Assembly (NCBI GenBank): GCA_963719945.1
Contig: CAVRDX010000001.1
Coordinates: forward strand, 544,001 to 608,000
Length of the DNA: 64,000 nucleotides
Reading direction: 5' to 3'
Origin: an uncultured Thermoplasmata archaeon
GTDB lineage: Archaea > Thermoplasmatota > Thermoplasmata > UBA10834
Shown here: positions 1-9,806 of the stretch, in pieces
Numbering within the stretch: the first letter of the stretch is position 1
How the letters are laid out: every line of letters starts with the position of its first letter
The notes under the pieces: generated by a model
What the model was told of the DNA's origin: nothing
Database searches by the model: none
What the model saw: only the letters and a program-made list of their open reading frames with translations
Program-made: the position numbers and the translations under genes

Positions 1-771
1 GACACTCAGGTATCTAGGTACCGTCAGATGTAGGTCGATCTGTCGTTCAGCACCTGACTTCCTAGCCCTTAATCTATGAAAGTCGACGAAATCAGTCGCG
101 TGTTCGTTCATTACCATCTCGATGGCTGTGATCTCAGGATCTGGCAGACTGACATCGAGCAGTCCCTCCGTCGACCTCCTCGTTATGTCATAGGCCGCGC
201 GGATGATGAAGAGAGCCACTATTAGAGCAATTACCGGATCGATGAGTTTCTCACCGGTTACAAATATGATTCCCAAAGCCACGAACACTCCGACAGACGT
301 CCACACATCAGTCTTCAGATGATATGCATCCGCTTCCAGGGCGAGGGAGTCAGTCCGCTTCGCGACCTCCATTAGCTTCCTCGATACGAAGAAGTTCAGA
401 ATCGCCGATATACCCATAACGACCATTCCGGCAGCAACGAATTGGACTTCTGCAGGCTTGGCCAGTCTCTTCCCGGCTTCGTATACGATCACTGCGGCGG
501 CGACGAATATCAAAGCGCCTTCGATCATGCCGGATAGATTTTCGAATTTACCATGGCCGTACTGATGGTCCTCATCGGCTGGTTGAGCCGATTTCTTCAC
601 AGAGTATCTGGCGATGACCGCGGCCACCAAATCAATCCCAGAGTGGATTGCCTCGGAGATGACACTTATGGACACCATCATCACTCCAACGACTAATTTC
701 ATTACGACCAGGAACGTGTTGGAGTACACGGAGAGTCTGGCCACCGAAATCTTCTCTTCATTGGCGTCCAT
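1..771 (-). CDS. Cation diffusion facilitator (FieF-like) transporter, 3' end runs off the window
   Basis: Not in the ORF track. Manual translation from ATG 771: MDANEEKISVARLSVYSNTFLVVMKLVVG..SEAIHSGIDL..ADEDHQYGHGKFENLS..FHRLRARKSG..IDLHL (CDF signatures). Confidence 0.93.
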   Translation of the reverse strand, partial: MDANEEKISVARLSVYSNTFLVVMKLVVGVMMVSISVISEAIHSGIDLVAAVIARYSVKKSAQPADEDHQYGHGKFENLSGMIEGALIFVAAAVIVYEAGKRLAKPAEVQFVAAGMVVMGISAILNFFVSRKLMEVAKRTDSLALEADAYHLKTDVWTSVGVFVALGIIFVTGEKLIDPVIALIVALFIIRAAYDITRRSTEGLLDVSLPDPEITAIEMVMNEHATDFVDFHRLRARKSGAERQIDLHLTVPRYLSV

Positions 772-892
772 CGGTCTGCTCGATTATCCTGCCGCTACTT
801 AGGTTTTGCTGGGCTATCACAAAGGGATGGACCTTCCGAAACAATTATCATCAAAAATAGGGATAAGCAAGACGAGTTAGCGAGGAATTCTG

Positions 893-2458
893 ATGGCCGA
901 CATCGTACCCCCCCATTTAGAGAATCTCACGATTTCAAAGCTGAAACGAATCGCTCAGGAATACAGCCTCAACATATCATCATGCAGACACAAGAAGGAT
1001 TTTCTTGCGATCGTTATCGCCGCCAGTATAACCGAGGAGCAGGTAGATAGGGCCCTTGGGAATGCGGAGGATCGGCCCGCACACCATGAATCGACCATAC
1101 AAGCCGAGGAGGAACGACTCAAAGAAGAAATCGAGGAGATAGCTGAGAAATCTTCCGATATCCCAGAACTTTCCAGACAGCAGAACCTCGATGTCGAAAG
1201 GAATATCGACCAGACGCTCCTGATGAGGCCATCATTCTTTGAGATAGATTCACAGGTCGAGACCGCGTGGACCCGAATGATGATGGGGGATTACCAAGAA
1301 GTGCTCAAGATGAGTCGGGATGCACGAACCAAGATGCTCGACAGGTTCAGTTCATTCCAACTATATACGACGGCTCTATCGATTAGAGCTGCCGAGAGCA
1401 TCCAGAAGGATCTTGCTCAGGCACAGGGGAAACCAATCGACACCAGATTCAAGACAGCGCTTGCCGAGGCCAAGAATGCATTCATAGATGGTAGTCCTCG
1501 GCGAAGAGAGGAGACCTTGGAAGAACTTGAGGGACTAGCGGCAAAGGCTTATGAGGCGTTCTTTGAGGGAAGCATTGCAGCTGCTTCGGAATTGCGGACA
1601 ATGTTGGCAGATTACGAATCCTTCGGGACGCAAGTGAGCGAATCAAGTCGCATTCTTGATATAGCGGAACAGGCAAGGCAGGCGTATAACATATCCGAGT
1701 ACAGCACCCTCGTCACACAGGCAAGAGAGATGGCCGAAAAGGCAAAGCTGGTCCGAACAAAGGAGATTGAAGAATCATTGGGATCTGTCAAAGCTGCTCT
1801 TGATGAGGCGAGGGAGGTAGGAGCAACTCCCAGCATGGGAGAAAAAGAGTTGGAGGAGGCGAAGGTAGCCCTGGAGAAACAGGCGTTCAAGAAGGCCATC
1901 GATCTTCTCTCTGCAATCGAGAGAACTGCTGACCAGGCACATCTTGAGAAAGTGGGAGACAATTCGATTCGGACACGCCAGGTCGAGAAGATCACCTCTG
2001 CCATCGAGAACATGGGGCCTGCGCTAGAGGAGGCCGCCTCATATGGACTCGAGGTGCAGCAGGGTTTGCTCTTCGTAAGAAGCGCCCAGACCGCGCTAAA
2101 TGGAAAGGACTTCGTCTCTGCAGCGAAGTACGCCAGACGGCTGAAGCAAGTCTCTGGACCAGTCAAATCCGATCTGGACAAGAAACGCATCGAGCTCGGC
2201 GTGGCTAAGAAGATCGAAGGCGCCAAGTGTGGAAAGTGCGGAGAAGAGGAGTTATACGCTCATCCTGACGGCATCCAAAAATGTAACAAGTGCGGGCATT
2301 CCTTTTCCCTAGCCCGCGTCATGGAACAACGAGGGCAGTCGACCGATATGAACCCGATCGAGAAACCGGTCTCTTCGTCCAGTAATGAATCTCAAAAGGA
2401 CTCTTCTGATGAGACCAAAGAGGGGAAGAGCACCATCACGAGGCTCCTCCGACGGTGA
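893..2458 (+). CDS. Hypothetical helical/coiled-coil protein with N-terminal Rho-N/HeH-like motif and C-terminal Zn ribbon
   Basis: 521-aa ORF with GAGG RBS; LENLTISKLKRIAQEY at the N-terminus; CGKC-x15-CNKC near the C-terminus. Confidence 0.8.
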   Translation: MADIVPPHLENLTISKLKRIAQEYSLNISSCRHKKDFLAIVIAASITEEQVDRALGNAEDRPAHHESTIQAEEERLKEEIEEIAEKSSDIPELSRQQNLDVERNIDQTLLMRPSFFEIDSQVETAWTRMMMGDYQEVLKMSRDARTKMLDRFSSFQLYTTALSIRAAESIQKDLAQAQGKPIDTRFKTALAEAKNAFIDGSPRRREETLEELEGLAAKAYEAFFEGSIAAASELRTMLADYESFGTQVSESSRILDIAEQARQAYNISEYSTLVTQAREMAEKAKLVRTKEIEESLGSVKAALDEAREVGATPSMGEKELEEAKVALEKQAFKKAIDLLSAIERTADQAHLEKVGDNSIRTRQVEKITSAIENMGPALEEAASYGLEVQQGLLFVRSAQTALNGKDFVSAAKYARRLKQVSGPVKSDLDKKRIELGVAKKIEGAKCGKCGEEELYAHPDGIQKCNKCGHSFSLARVMEQRGQSTDMNPIEKPVSSSSNESQKDSSDETKEGKSTITRLLRR

Positions 2459-2492
2459 ACATACAGCCATCTGAAGAGGGAATCCGATCGGA

Positions 2493-2996
2493 TCAGGCTT
2501 TCGGTGCCCCAGATTTAGTATTGTTTCCTTGTTCACGAGCCAGTCCGCGTATGATGTCTCCGCGCGTGACAATACCAACAAGGCTCTTTTCCTGGACGAC
2601 GGGCAGCCTGTTGATCTTGTTCTGGACCATCTTCATGATCGCCTCATTTATCGTGATGTCAGGTGCAACGGTGAAGACCTCTTTAGACATGATATCCTTC
2701 ACTTGCATGTTCCCGATCTCCTCGTAAGCGTCAATGATCTCTCTTTGAGTCACTTCCTCCTGGAAGGCGATACCAAGCGTGGAGATCGATGGAAAGATCA
2801 GCCTCATGTCTTTCTTAGTGGTCTTTATCGACCGGAGAACATCGACTTCGCTGAATATCCCTATGACAACTCCTTCACTGACCACTGGAGCGCCAGATAC
2901 GTTCAATTCCGCGAGTTTGGCGGCAGCATCCTTGACCAATGCATCTGGTGAGAGACTCATGACAGGTGAGCTCATCACTTCCCTGACCTTGACCAT
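2493..2996 (-). CDS. CBS domain pair protein
   Basis: VREVMSSPV..GAPVV..GIFSEVD; VKDIMS..RLPVV..GIVTRGD. Confidence 0.92.
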   Translation of the reverse strand: MVKVREVMSSPVMSLSPDALVKDAAAKLAELNVSGAPVVSEGVVIGIFSEVDVLRSIKTTKKDMRLIFPSISTLGIAFQEEVTQREIIDAYEEIGNMQVKDIMSKEVFTVAPDITINEAIMKMVQNKINRLPVVQEKSLVGIVTRGDIIRGLAREQGNNTKSGAPKA

Positions 2997-3080
2997 AGTA
3001 TCGAATCCATTCAACTGCAGGAAAGCTATAAATCTTTTCTTCAGGCTTTATCATGTCTGAGAATCGGGAGCGTAAAGGCG

Positions 3081-4034
3081 ATGCGCACAAAACTGAAACC
3101 TATAACGGACATGGAGATCACGCCCGATATGAGCGTGAGCGAACTGACATCTCAGATGTTTGCATCAGGCGGATTCACTGCGAAGAAGCTCGGTCAAGCA
3201 TGCGAAATATTGCGCAGCATGCTGAAGGAGAAGAATTGCACGATCTTCCTATCCTTCCCTGCATGCATAATATCGACCGGCACGAGAGGGGTCATCAGGA
3301 AACTGGTAGAGGAGAAATTGGTCGATGTGATCATAACCACATGCGGAACGTTGGACCACGACCTCGCCCGCGTCTGGAAGAAATACTATCACGGCGATTT
3401 CCTCATGGATGACGCAGACCTTCACAAGAAAGGTATCAACAGGCTCGGGAACATCTTGATACCGAACGAAAGCTATGGTATAGTCCTAGAGCAGAAGATG
3501 CAGCCAATCCTGAGAGACCTATACAAGTCAGGAAAGAAGACCCTATGCAGTCGGCAGCTGGCTGAGGAGTTCGGCCTCCGCATAGAGGACAAGAATTCCA
3601 TATTGTATTGGGCATCGAGGAACCAGATACCGATATACATACCAGGCATAACGGACGGCGCATTTGGAGCTCAGCTATGGCTGTTCAGGCAGCAGCATCC
3701 GGATTTCACAGTCGATGTCCTCAAGGACGAGCAGGAATTGTCTGATATAGTATTCACCTCCAAGAAGGCAGGCGCTTTGATGATCGGCGGTGGAATATCT
3801 AAGCACCATGTCATATGGTGGAATCAGTTCAGGGACGGGCTAGACTATGCCGTCTACCTGACGACTGCAGAGGAATATGACGGTTCATTATCCGGAGCCA
3901 GGATACGTGAGGCAGTCAGCTGGGGAAAGGTCAAGGAATCGGCAAAATACGTCACAGTCGAGGGTGATGCGACCATAACCATGCCGATAATCGGCGTGTC
4001 AATGTTGAGTGCAAACAGGCCAGCAAGAGATTAA
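3081..4034 (+). CDS. dys: Deoxyhypusine synthase (canonical aIF5A-modifying type)
   Basis: IGGGISKHH, EYDGSLSGA, EAVSWGK (catalytic Lys), GDATI motifs. Confidence 0.95.
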   Translation: MRTKLKPITDMEITPDMSVSELTSQMFASGGFTAKKLGQACEILRSMLKEKNCTIFLSFPACIISTGTRGVIRKLVEEKLVDVIITTCGTLDHDLARVWKKYYHGDFLMDDADLHKKGINRLGNILIPNESYGIVLEQKMQPILRDLYKSGKKTLCSRQLAEEFGLRIEDKNSILYWASRNQIPIYIPGITDGAFGAQLWLFRQQHPDFTVDVLKDEQELSDIVFTSKKAGALMIGGGISKHHVIWWNQFRDGLDYAVYLTTAEEYDGSLSGARIREAVSWGKVKESAKYVTVEGDATITMPIIGVSMLSANRPARD

Positions 4035-4074
4035 TAGTGTTCAGTATGGTTACCTATGTAGGGGAGCGCTAGAA

Positions 4075-5142
4075 ATGAGTCCAAATGAAGGTGGTCCGGA
4101 AATACCCGTCACTCAGGACCTGGTTGCATTTGCAAGAGAGTACTTCAAAGCATATATGGACACCATCGAGGAGAAGAAACCGCAGACATATCCGAGGTTC
4201 GCTCAAGACGCGCCATATGCGATCCGAGTCTACATTCTCCCGAACAGCTGCATATGCATGATTTTCAACTCCGCCAAGGAACTTACCTTGAGCGGTGACG
4301 AGAAGGAATGGGATGAAGTCCAGGACATGATTGTAAAAGGAGTGGACCACTTCGCAGGGTTCTATCCTTTCGAAGGCAGGTCCCTAGGCGATTGGGCCAA
4401 GCGGGGAAAGCGCGATGCATTGAGAGACTTGCGCCTCCTCGACAAGTCGGAGCTTGCGCGGGCGGGAGCCGAACTCGAAGGAGTTATGGAGAACATAACG
4501 AAGATGATCAAAGCGAACCCCTGGCTGAGCAAGTCGGGCACTGAGGTCATCACCACCCTCAAGAATCTTGATGGACGAGTTCGGGGAGGATTCCCGACCG
4601 TCGATGCGATCGCGAACCTGCAATCGATGAAAGCATACACACCTGGCTCTGAGAATGTCAGCATAGAATTCCCAGACAGGGAGGTCCTCGACCGCATATT
4701 GGAGAGCATAAAGGACGTCGCAGCTGTCGAGAGCAAGCTAGATATGGTCGAGACAAGGATGTTTGAGATGGAGAAGGTAGCCCAAACACCCGACCCGTCT
4801 GACAAGCTCATCGACATAAGTGATCGTGTTGACAGACTCGAGAAACAACTCGAGAAGGTATCAAACATACTGACGATGCTCAATTCTAAGGTCGAAAGCT
4901 ATTTCTCAAAGACCGCGGAAAAGGAGCGTCAGGCGGACCTCGAGCTTCGAATAGAAGAGCATACATCCAAAGCGCTCTCTCACGAATCGAAGATCGCATC
5001 CTTGGAAAAGGAGGCCGAGAGCCTGGTCGCCGAGATGAAGCAGATGACGGTCAGGATGGATAAGGACATCCATGACAGCAGGAAGAGGATTGCAAGGGTC
5101 GAGAAGCATTTTGTGGATTTTGCCAAGCTAGTCCAAGAATGA
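4075..5142 (+). CDS. Hypothetical protein with long C-terminal coiled coil
   Basis: Long ORF; ATG 4075 preceded by GGGGAG; heptad-rich C-terminal half. Confidence 0.75.
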   Translation: MSPNEGGPEIPVTQDLVAFAREYFKAYMDTIEEKKPQTYPRFAQDAPYAIRVYILPNSCICMIFNSAKELTLSGDEKEWDEVQDMIVKGVDHFAGFYPFEGRSLGDWAKRGKRDALRDLRLLDKSELARAGAELEGVMENITKMIKANPWLSKSGTEVITTLKNLDGRVRGGFPTVDAIANLQSMKAYTPGSENVSIEFPDREVLDRILESIKDVAAVESKLDMVETRMFEMEKVAQTPDPSDKLIDISDRVDRLEKQLEKVSNILTMLNSKVESYFSKTAEKERQADLELRIEEHTSKALSHESKIASLEKEAESLVAEMKQMTVRMDKDIHDSRKRIARVEKHFVDFAKLVQE

Positions 5143-5149
5143 GATCCTT

Positions 5150-6160
5150 ATGAAGCGGATATGTGTCCTCCCTGGTGATGGTATCGGACCTGAGGTGATA
5201 GCTCAGGCGGTCCGAGTTCTCGAATCAGTCACCGATGAGCTGGAATTCAAGTACTTGCCTATCGGTTCAGCTGCCTTCGAGAAGACTGGATGCTCCATCA
5301 CGGATGACACCCTGCAACATATGAGGGACGCTGATAGCTGCCTATTCGGAGCGGTTACCTCATCGATGGATAGGGGATACAAATCCCCGGTCCTCAGATT
5401 CCGGAAAGATTTGGACCTATTCGCTAATGTCAGACCGGTCAGGAGCCTGCACGCGTTGCCTGGTAAACTATACACGGACCTCATCATAGTCAGGGAGAAC
5501 ACAGAAGGGATGTATACCCAAGACGAGGCTGTGGACTCCGACGGCGTGACCACATATAGAAGGGTGTCTCGCCACGCATGCGAAAGGATAGTCAGGTTCG
5601 CTTTCGAACTTTGCCAGTCAAGGGAAAAGAGACGGATATGTTGCGTGCACAAAGCAAATGTGCTTCGCGAATCGGATGGACTCTTCCTGAAGATATTCAA
5701 TGAGATATCGGAGGACTTCAGTGAAGATATCGAAGCCAACGACCAACTAGTCGACTCAGCAGCCATGAACATTGTGACCGACCCAGCTAGGTTCGAAGTC
5801 ATAGTCACCCTGAATCTCTATGGGGACATCTTATCGGACGTCGCTGCAGGAATGGTCGGCGGCCTTGGATTCGCACCTTCGGGCAACATTGGACCATCTA
5901 ATTCTGTCTTCGAACCGTGCCATGGCTCGGCCCCAGACATCTCTGGAAAAGGGATTGCGAACCCAACCGCTGCGATTCTGGCATCGGCGATGATGTTGAG
6001 ACATCTGGGGATGGTTAGAGAAGGAGATTCTGTGGAGAATGCAGTCGAAAGCGCATATTCCTCCGGGAACCTTACAATGGACATCGGCGGATTGAATGAC
6101 TCAGTCAGATTCACTGACTCCGTCATCGCAGCCATTAGGAAGAATCCGTGTCCTCTATGA
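5150..6160 (+). CDS. Isocitrate/isopropylmalate dehydrogenase family (LeuB/AksF-like)
   Basis: PGDGIGPEV, RENTEG, HKANV, NLYGDILSD, FEPCHGSAPDI; substrate not assignable. Confidence 0.93.
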   Translation: MKRICVLPGDGIGPEVIAQAVRVLESVTDELEFKYLPIGSAAFEKTGCSITDDTLQHMRDADSCLFGAVTSSMDRGYKSPVLRFRKDLDLFANVRPVRSLHALPGKLYTDLIIVRENTEGMYTQDEAVDSDGVTTYRRVSRHACERIVRFAFELCQSREKRRICCVHKANVLRESDGLFLKIFNEISEDFSEDIEANDQLVDSAAMNIVTDPARFEVIVTLNLYGDILSDVAAGMVGGLGFAPSGNIGPSNSVFEPCHGSAPDISGKGIANPTAAILASAMMLRHLGMVREGDSVENAVESAYSSGNLTMDIGGLNDSVRFTDSVIAAIRKNPCPL

Positions 6161-6661
6161 CGACAACTCTTTCGCCCCTGAAGCGGGCCTGCGCAGACTC
6201 CTCAATTCCGAAACGATATATTTTAGGAAAGAAGAATCAGAGTATAGAGATTTGTAGAACGAGTACCTGATCCACAACAATGTCCCTGAAGCACATGCCA
6301 TTAGTATCAGCTCAGGTCCGGAGAACACTCCGAGTAATGAATCTTCCAACCAATCCATAGATATGTGGATCCCCCAGAATATCAATGGAACCGCGATTCT
6401 CGATGCGGTAGAGATGGGCCCTACAATCATTATGGATATTGGGCTATGTAGAAGAGATTTCCATTGACCGTCGGCATTCATCAGCGATTTTAAATCGAAA
6501 ATGCTGGCAATACCATTTGTCTTAGCATATGAATTCAAACCGAACAGGTGATCAACATCTATGATGACACCGAACATGAGCGCTACAAATGCATCATTCC
6601 TATCGAGAGATAGCAATTGTATCAGCAACAGGCTAACAGCGAGGTGTGTGATCGCCAGCAT
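6155..6661 (-). CDS. Membrane-bound metal-dependent hydrolase (YdjM-like)
   Basis: THLAVSLL, DVDH, LHS, HISMD motifs with hydrophobic segments; start reassigned to ATG 6661. Confidence 0.7.
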   Translation of the reverse strand: MLAITHLAVSLLLIQLLSLDRNDAFVALMFGVIIDVDHLFGLNSYAKTNGIASIFDLKSLMNADGQWKSLLHSPISIMIVGPISTASRIAVPLIFWGIHISMDWLEDSLLGVFSGPELILMACASGTLLWIRYSFYKSLYSDSSFLKYIVSELRSLRRPASGAKELSS

Positions 6662-6849
6662 ATTCTGCCATCGGTCCCGTTTTCGAGAAACACCATTCTC
6701 ACGCCCAATATATCTCCGTATCGGCGATTTCGATCTAGACTGGCCAAGACCGACAGACACATCGAATCATCAATGAACCGATTTTGCTCATGATGATTAG
6801 ACGCAATGTTGCATTCAGCCATACTATATCGGCACAAGAAAAATCGAAG

Positions 6850-6934
6850 TGCGGGGGCTGAGATTCGAACTCAGGGACTCCTTCGAGACCAGACCCTCAA
6901 TCTGGCGCCGTTGACCGGGCTTGGCTACCCCCGC
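6850..6934 (-). tRNA. tRNA-Leu (anticodon GAG)
   Basis: Reverse complement GCGGGGGTAGCCAAGCCCGGTCAACGGCG-CCAGA-TTGAGGG-TCTGG-long variable arm-GAGTTCGAATCTC-AGCCCCCGCA; CCA not encoded. Confidence 0.96.
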
Positions 6935-7188
6935 TTGATGGTGCTGGCATTCGGTCGATATATGTTCCCTCATTAAAGCCTTTCGTATCGATGAGTGCAT
7001 GTCACGCATCATAAACGAAGGCATGATGCACTATGAGATATCGAGCGGGCCAGTAGTCGCAATGAACATACATGTCTATCATTGTTCTCCGGATATCAGT
7101 AAATAAATACTCATTTGCAATACGGTGTACCCGAAGCACACAGTCGGAGCTAGCTCTGACCGTGGAAGCCAAACAGGGGAATGTTAAA

Positions 7189-8655
7189 ATGATCGGTTTC
7201 CCGAAAGGAAAAATCGCGTTCCGAATGTTCCAGGAGAAGGACCTGGAATCACTTCACTGGGGAACGTTGGACGTGCTCGAGAACGCAGGAATAAAGGTCT
7301 TCAGCGAAGAATGTCTGAAGCTCCTTGAGGATGCAGGGGCCACTGTGGATTACAAGCAGAGCAGTGCCAAGATCCCCGGAAACCTCGTTGAGGAGGCCAT
7401 AACCAAGGCAAAGAAGAACATAACACTCTTTGCAAGGAACCCGAAGAACGATGTGGTACTCGATGGACGAAGAGTCTATTGCTGCACTGATGGAAACGGC
7501 ACTGGTGTTATGGATTTCGAGACCGGAAAGAGACGCATGTCTACGAGCAAGGACCTTGAGATGGTTGGCAAGGTCGCAAATGCTCTCGACTCCGCGCACA
7601 TCTTCTGGCCTTGTGTGAGCAGCCAAGACATACCTGATTATTACAGGCATGTCGTGGATCTCAAAGTCGCATTAATGAGCATCGAGAAGCATGTTCAGGT
7701 AGAGACGACCAGCCACCGCAGAGAAGCACAATGGCTCGTCAAACTCGGTTCCGCGCTCGCAGGTGGCGAGAAGGAATTGAGAAGGAGGCCAATATTCTCA
7801 TCCATGCACTGCCCGTTCTCCCCGCTCCAGCTTGACGGAGGTTCGACTGAAGGTGCTCTTGCACTCGCAAGGGCCGGCGTGCCGATATCGTTCTACGGAA
7901 TGCCACAGGCAGGCATCACCGGGCCTGTGACACTCGCAGGATCAATCATTGTGAATAACGCTGAAGTACTAGCTGGCCTAACGATGGCACAGCTCGCAGC
8001 CCCCGGCTCACCGTTCATGTACGGGACGGGCGGAGCAGCATTCGATATGAAGACAATGACTTGGGCAGGCGGCGGACCGGAGAGAGCGCTAATATCCAGT
8101 GGAGCAGGAGAACTAGCTCATTGGTACGGATTCCCGATCCTTTGTGGTGGAATAGTCACCTCCGCGAAGGTACCTGGCCCACAGTCCTGCTATGAGAAGA
8201 TGTCTAGCGGAATGCCACAGTTCTACGCGGGCTGCGACATGATTGCGGGATTGGGTCTCCTTGACGATGTTTCTATGCTCTGCTATGAGCAGATGGTCAT
8301 CGACAACGAAATGGTCAAGATAATGGCTAGACTCGCTCAAGGCGTCATCGTTGACGACGAACACATGGCAATCGACCTGATCAAGAAGGTCGGACCCGGC
8401 GGTAGCTTCCTGCCAGAAAGACACACCATGAACTGGCTTCACAAAGAGCATTTCATGACTGAGATAACTGACAGGAGGACTGGCGAGATATGGGAAGCGG
8501 ATGGCAAGAAGAGTGCCGTCGACCGCGCCAGGGAGAAGGCTGCCAAGATCATGAAGGAGCATGTGGTCCAGCCTGTCGCAGCTGAGGTCTCGAAGCGGTT
8601 CGAAGACATAATCGTAGCCGCGGAGAAGGACATCCGCGAGAATGGACTCAACTGA
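7189..8655 (+). CDS. Trimethylamine:corrinoid methyltransferase superfamily (MttB-like), non-pyrrolysine
   Basis: SPLQLD, GPVTLAGS..NAEVLAG, SAKVPGPQSCYEK, EQMVIDNE, VGPGGSFL..HT; no in-frame TAG. Confidence 0.92.
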   Translation: MIGFPKGKIAFRMFQEKDLESLHWGTLDVLENAGIKVFSEECLKLLEDAGATVDYKQSSAKIPGNLVEEAITKAKKNITLFARNPKNDVVLDGRRVYCCTDGNGTGVMDFETGKRRMSTSKDLEMVGKVANALDSAHIFWPCVSSQDIPDYYRHVVDLKVALMSIEKHVQVETTSHRREAQWLVKLGSALAGGEKELRRRPIFSSMHCPFSPLQLDGGSTEGALALARAGVPISFYGMPQAGITGPVTLAGSIIVNNAEVLAGLTMAQLAAPGSPFMYGTGGAAFDMKTMTWAGGGPERALISSGAGELAHWYGFPILCGGIVTSAKVPGPQSCYEKMSSGMPQFYAGCDMIAGLGLLDDVSMLCYEQMVIDNEMVKIMARLAQGVIVDDEHMAIDLIKKVGPGGSFLPERHTMNWLHKEHFMTEITDRRTGEIWEADGKKSAVDRAREKAAKIMKEHVVQPVAAEVSKRFEDIIVAAEKDIRENGLN

Positions 8656-8754
8656 GACCGTCAGAAAAACTATTAGTATAAACCAACTACGGGCGGATGG
8701 TGCTTGGAGGAAGCCTCCGCCCTTAGAAACATCTTATCTCGGGTGATCTAGGCT

Positions 8755-9699
8755 TTGATACCGTTGGAGCTGGTGCGAGAGTTCGAACAGCAGATGCACA
8801 ACCTTCGAATCGGGCACACGTCATTTAGAAGAGCTTCTAGGCTCGAGAAAAAGCTCGGTATCAGACGGCTGCATCTCAAGCTGGAATCGGAGAATTCTTC
8901 AGGGACGCACAAGGACCGTTCCGCCCTTCTATACGCACTCGATGCAAGGAAGAAGGGAAAGAACACCTTGGCCGCAGTGACATGCGGCAACTACGGCGCA
9001 GCGCTCGCCTATGTGTGTTCAAAGCTCGACATGAACTGCCAGGTCTACGTACCATCAGAGTTTGCGTCGAGCAGGAACAAGGACATAGAGGCTTTTGGTG
9101 GCAATGTTGTCATAGCGCAGGGAGACTACGAGGCCGCGCTCAATGCCTGCGTGAAGGACACGACTGCAAACGGATGGTACAACGCCAATCCAGGTGGTCC
9201 TGACAAAGAGCTCGCTGTATACTCATACTCATTCATAGCAAGGGAGATAGCACAGGAACTGGGGAGACAGCCTGATTGGATATCCGTACCATTTGGAAAC
9301 GGGACGCTACTTGCAGGCATTTGGCAAGGGTTCCGCGCAATGAGCATGAAACCCAGAATCCTTGGCTACTCCAACAACAACTCTGCAATCCATGGTCTGG
9401 TTAACAAGTCACGAGTGCCCATCCCAGTGAACGGGTTGACAATAACAGAGGTGAATGAGCCATTGGCAGGCAATTTTCTCCTCGACTACATAGACGGAAT
9501 GAACGCGATACTGGAATCCAATGGGGCAGCTTTCGAGATATCTGACGAAGAGATGTTGAAAGCGTCCAAGCTCATCATGGATCAGGAATCCCTCGATATC
9601 CTACCAGCATCGGCCGGGGCGATCACTGCCATCACAAGATTAGAATCGCGCAACCACACATTCGCTGCCGTCATAACAGGCCGAGGGCACCACGGTTAG
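8755..9699 (+). CDS. PLP-dependent fold-type II enzyme, threonine synthase-like
   Basis: LKLESENSSGTHKDR (PLP Lys), TCGNYG, VPFGNGT, VITG; TTG start after GGGTGA. Confidence 0.85.
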   Translation: MIPLELVREFEQQMHNLRIGHTSFRRASRLEKKLGIRRLHLKLESENSSGTHKDRSALLYALDARKKGKNTLAAVTCGNYGAALAYVCSKLDMNCQVYVPSEFASSRNKDIEAFGGNVVIAQGDYEAALNACVKDTTANGWYNANPGGPDKELAVYSYSFIAREIAQELGRQPDWISVPFGNGTLLAGIWQGFRAMSMKPRILGYSNNNSAIHGLVNKSRVPIPVNGLTITEVNEPLAGNFLLDYIDGMNAILESNGAAFEISDEEMLKASKLIMDQESLDILPASAGAITAITRLESRNHTFAAVITGRGHHG

Positions 9700-9770
9700 G
9701 CCGTCGACCTATGTACAATTCTGTCCTAGCGAACATACCGTTCAATGGCCAAGTCCGTCCAGACAAGATA

Positions 9771-9780
9771 TTAATATATC
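9771..9780 (+). promoter_or_regulatory. Probable TATA box of the ilv operon
   Basis: TTAATATATC preceded by a purine-rich BRE-like stretch (AGACAAGA), about 30 nt upstream of leader ATG 9807. Confidence 0.6.
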
Positions 9781-9806
9781 GACAATCATCTGCAAACCCG
9801 GTACAA

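Noticed and set aside
6155-6934. Genomic island integrated at tRNA-Leu
   Set aside because: No integrase or duplicated tRNA 3' end seen in the window.
6824-7024. 66-aa ORF
   Set aside because: Overlaps tRNA-Leu.
7189-8655. Pyrrolysine readthrough in MttB
   Set aside because: ORF is uninterrupted, with no in-frame TAG.
8697-8726. uORF MVLGGSLRP before the threonine-synthase-like gene as a leader peptide
   Set aside because: No Thr or Ile codons and no amino-acid bias.
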